Source: Haliotis rubra
Taxonomy: Eukaryota
Direction of reading: 5' to 3'
NCBI RefSeq assembly: GCF_003918875.1
Contig: NW_025766002.1
Location: 1,302,001-1,366,000 of the forward strand
Length of the DNA stretch: 64,000 bases
Positions 60,568 through 64,000 of this stretch are shown one piece after another. Numbering within the stretch: position 1 is the stretch's first letter; the number at the start of each line of letters is the position of its first letter. The notes beneath the pieces were generated by a model that saw nothing but the letters and a program-made list of their open reading frames with translations, was not told the origin of the DNA and ran no database searches. A program made the position numbers and the translations under genes.

Positions 60568-61913
60568 CACAAACTAGGATGGGATGCACATTAAATATTC
60601 AAGAAATGCTTTTTCGCATTGATTTTCTGTAAATGATGTTGAATTAAACCGCAACGTTGCATGCGACTGCATTGTCTATTAACGAACATTTGGTGATTAC
60701 TTGAAAAATGTATAAACAGTGTAATGATACATACATTTGAGTCTTGATATTACCTGTTTTTATTCATTACGTGGACCGTAGGCATCGGATGGTCAGAGAT
60801 TCACTAACATGATACAACATCCCATAGGACGTGTTATGTTTAAGTATATATCGTCATTCATTACTGAAAGTGGCGTAAAAGCGAACGCTTTAACCACTAG
60901 GCTACCCCACCGCCCCTTGATATTTTGTGAAATGTCTGGTGAAAATTTGAGAGTAATTTTCAACAGACAATTTGTAAGTATTACTTTGGATCCCATTTAT
61001 CTAAATTATGCACAGTTTGCGTCCAATAGAAGCTCTTCGATCGATAGGTAGAATGAATAAGTCTCCCATTCGCCCTGAAAATTGCCTTTGGTAGTTTATC
61101 AAAGAAATACCGATTAGTCGGGGCTTGATTGTTCCATCAAGCTGACGTACTGTGAAATAGCTTCATTGTCGTTCAAAGCAGAGGCGTTAAGCTCAACTCA
61201 CTCAGAACACCCTCACTGTGAAACATACAATAGAAATAGGAATGAATTGATTGTAATTTTGGCAGTTGGCTCTATGGTGGTATGGTGATCAGCCTTCAGT
61301 TGCTGGTGATCTATAGCACGTTTTTATATTGTATTGTTGTCTGTAGTGATATTTTTTTATATGATAGCGTAATAGTTTTAGACTTAGAGCTGTGATACTC
61401 TAGTAGTTTTACTGTTCTTCGTCAACAGGTTTTGATTTCTAATTTTATTGATATATGATATAATCATTAATTATTCTCGTCACGATATGGCTGAAATATT
61501 GCCGATGTGACTTTAAATATTAACTCACTCACTCACTCACTCACTCTATAGCAGCGTGAGTGGTGGCTGCTCTTCGCCGTTCATGCTGTTAGGTCGTTTA
61601 CAACATGTACCAGATATCAGTTGAAGAGTTGTGTCCGTGATAACATTAACAAAGTACTGGCAGAAGCCATCACTTTGAAACAGCCATAAAATATGAAACT
61701 GCTCGTAGCCACGCAACAACAAATGTGCGTCTCGAGAACCAGATATTCAAGAGTTCAAGCGTCTGTTTATGAATAACAGTCTTAAAAGTATATCAAAGAT
61801 GATTTAAAGTTTCAGACATGTCTCACTGAAGAAAAACTTAATATCTCAATTAAAGCCTATATCTTATTATAGAGATGGATGTCTTTAAATAATGTTGTGA
61901 AAATGGTATTGTA

Positions 61914-63208
61914 CTGTCGGAAATGCTAGAAAAATGCTTTTTGGCTTATATTTAAAATTCAGAAGTATTACAGTTACCTAAATAACAAATATCATTTTAA
62001 GAAACATCTACCTATGTAGATGGAGGGACTAAATTTTGAGACATGCCCTAAAATGCGTTTTTACTGATGAAAATACCAAAACTTAGAAAAATAAGGGGTA
62101 GTGGACGTTATTTGATACAAACATTAACTGCCTGTGTTACGTCATCAGCATGCACGGTATCGACAGGTGAAATTGACACCTAAGCACACGCTCGGGCGAG
62201 GGGTCATCTCAATAGATGTTTTCTTCAAAATGTTGAATATGTGTACGTATAGTATACCTATTGGTTATGTAAGGGATCATTTGTGTATGTGTGTTTGTTG
62301 TGGAATAAATATACGAATTACTGTACATTGGAAAAAATCCTATCACTTGTGTTATCTTATCGATTGATTGTAGAAATGTGCAACGTTTTAATAAATGTTT
62401 TGCATGTCAACAATATATTTCATTGCAAATATATGGATGTAATTCGGTCAGTTTAATCTAGTTGTGAACATTGGCCACAGATTTAACGAAGTCACTGGTG
62501 TAGCTTCTTTAAAATATATATATTCTTCTTCTCCTAACGTTTGTAGACCGCCCCTCTAAGTACTCAACGTGTTAAAGTTGTCAAGGATGGTTTTACGTCC
62601 CGGTGTTGCTTTTGAGACGGTCCCTGTCGTGTCTGAATTGTTTACAATATTGTTGACTTGTTGGTAAGACATACCAACAGCTCTACAAGTTCTGTATTAA
62701 ACCATTTCTATACTAATGAAAGGTTTACCTCTGTCTTTTTCAAGCACAAACAACTTATAAACCTTTGCAACAATCGTCTGTAAATAGTTGGCCATAGTGG
62801 ACGCTGTGATAAAGATGTGCATCCATCACGGGAAACTTATTTATCAAGACTTAACATTTATATTAATATTTCTTCAATAAAGAAACGATAATTAAGTAAA
62901 GTAACACAAACATTCAACATTTATTTGTTTAAGAAAAACGTTAATTTATATTTTTACACCACCTGTATTATTAGCATACATGTAAAGACTATTTCAGATT
63001 TCTGTTGTTGAACTGCAAAAATCTTAGGTTGTTGTTTTGGTACCAAATTCTCTCCTGTAAACTGCCCTTTAAATGCATGGGAATGTTAAATCAATTAAAA
63101 TAAAAATTAGGTACACTATAGGTGAGTTGATATATTGACAACATAATACATTTATCACCTTTCTAATGATATTGAGGCTAAAAAGCATTTTTGTAGCATT
63201 TCCGACAG
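61914..63208 (-). mobile_element. TIR DNA transposon derivative (IS630-Tc1-mariner-like), 1.3 kb, TA-flanked
   Basis: TIRs of about 29 bp with one mismatch (ctgtcggaaatgcta.aaaaatgcttttt), flanked by TA. Absent in the paralogous unit (about 56560). Minus-strand HTH-like remnant from 62795: MANYLQTIVAKVYKLF...RTCRAVGMSYQQVNNIV...PGRK. Confidence 0.85.
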
Positions 63209-63494
63209 TACTTTAGTATCTTACGACTATGAACGGAAGTTGTTTCAACTTGAACACGTTAAGTAATGTATGACTTATTGATGCTGTCTCTCCAGACTAA
63301 AGGGGTGTGGTTATACATCACCTTAACTGTTACTTATGATGCCAACATAAAAAAAACATGATATCACTGTTGGCTACAGCAATGCCAGCACAAAAGCCCT
63401 GCTTATGCAGTAAAAATACAACTCGCATCAGTATACTATCACTATTTGTAAGTGCACTAGCTGGAACCTTCCCTTGAAGAATAGCTTCAAAATA

Positions 63495-63858
63495 TGTTGT
63501 CAAACTCCAGTTTGAGAGTGTGAACATTCCAACAACTCGCCACCAACACCAATTTCATACTTGTCAAACTGTTGTCGATAAATAGGATCGATCTCTTTTC
63601 TCACCAACCTTTCCATCAAACATTCGGTGTTGTCAAACTCGAGTTTAAAGTGTGAAGTGTTGTCAACTTCGTGTTGTCCAGAAACAACCAATCACAGTCA
63701 ACGAAACTGTCACGTGATGTTTTGATCGTCCGGTCAACCCCACCTCCAAAATGGCATCGCTCAAGTGCCACGAAAGTTTGAAAACGCGAGTTTGGCAACT
63801 TTAAAATTTTAACAACATGTGTTGTCAAACTTTAGTTTCCCGTGTGAAGGCCGCTTTA
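63495..63858. mobile_element. Probable truncated DNA element with repeated gttgtcaaact motifs
   Basis: Interrupts the duplicated spacer, contains several ttgtcaaact copies and ends cgtgtgaaggccgctttaa. Confidence 0.45.
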
Positions 63859-64000
63859 ATGTATGAATATGCCATTATATTCTTTTGATTGATGTATCGA
63901 TTTTTCTTTATTTTATCAACAACTGCCCTGCAACCATCCTTCAGGGACATCTTCACCATCATAGTTTGTCAAGACAACAGTACATTTATTACAAGCGATA

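Larger units (their letters stand above)
51085..63495 (+). repeat. Tandem segmental duplication of an about 5.3-kb unit (copies 10 and 11; related to the copy 9 unit)
   Basis: ATGs are 5330 bp apart, and the upstream and downstream spacers are colinear and highly similar. Confidence 0.9.

Overview
Eukaryotic, AT-rich, repeat-dense animal DNA. The SINE families and gene content suggest a mollusc, possibly an abalone-like gastropod; this is inference. The window is dominated by a head-to-tail tandem array of 11 arylsulfatase-B-like (formylglycine-dependent, S1-type) genes, all on the + strand and all with intron-free coding regions: 8 intact genes of about 480 aa with signal peptides, 1 cut by the window start and 2 frameshifted. 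The scaffold and catalytic residues are almost invariant. Amino-acid variation concentrates in about 7 short segments next to active-site residues, and there are visible patchwork (gene-conversion-like) tracts between paralogs. A conserved GATA/GATA/TATA-like block precedes most copies. The spacers record recent segmental duplications (4.06 kb and 5.3 kb units) and many nested mobile elements: a Merlin/IS1595-type element with TIRs and an 8-bp TSD, a split Tc1, an R4/Dong-like fragment, a 5'-truncated L2 LINE, a Helentron-type (HINE/DINE-like) element carrying a 170-bp tandem array, TIR elements and MITEs, long hairpins and several tRNA-derived SINEs.
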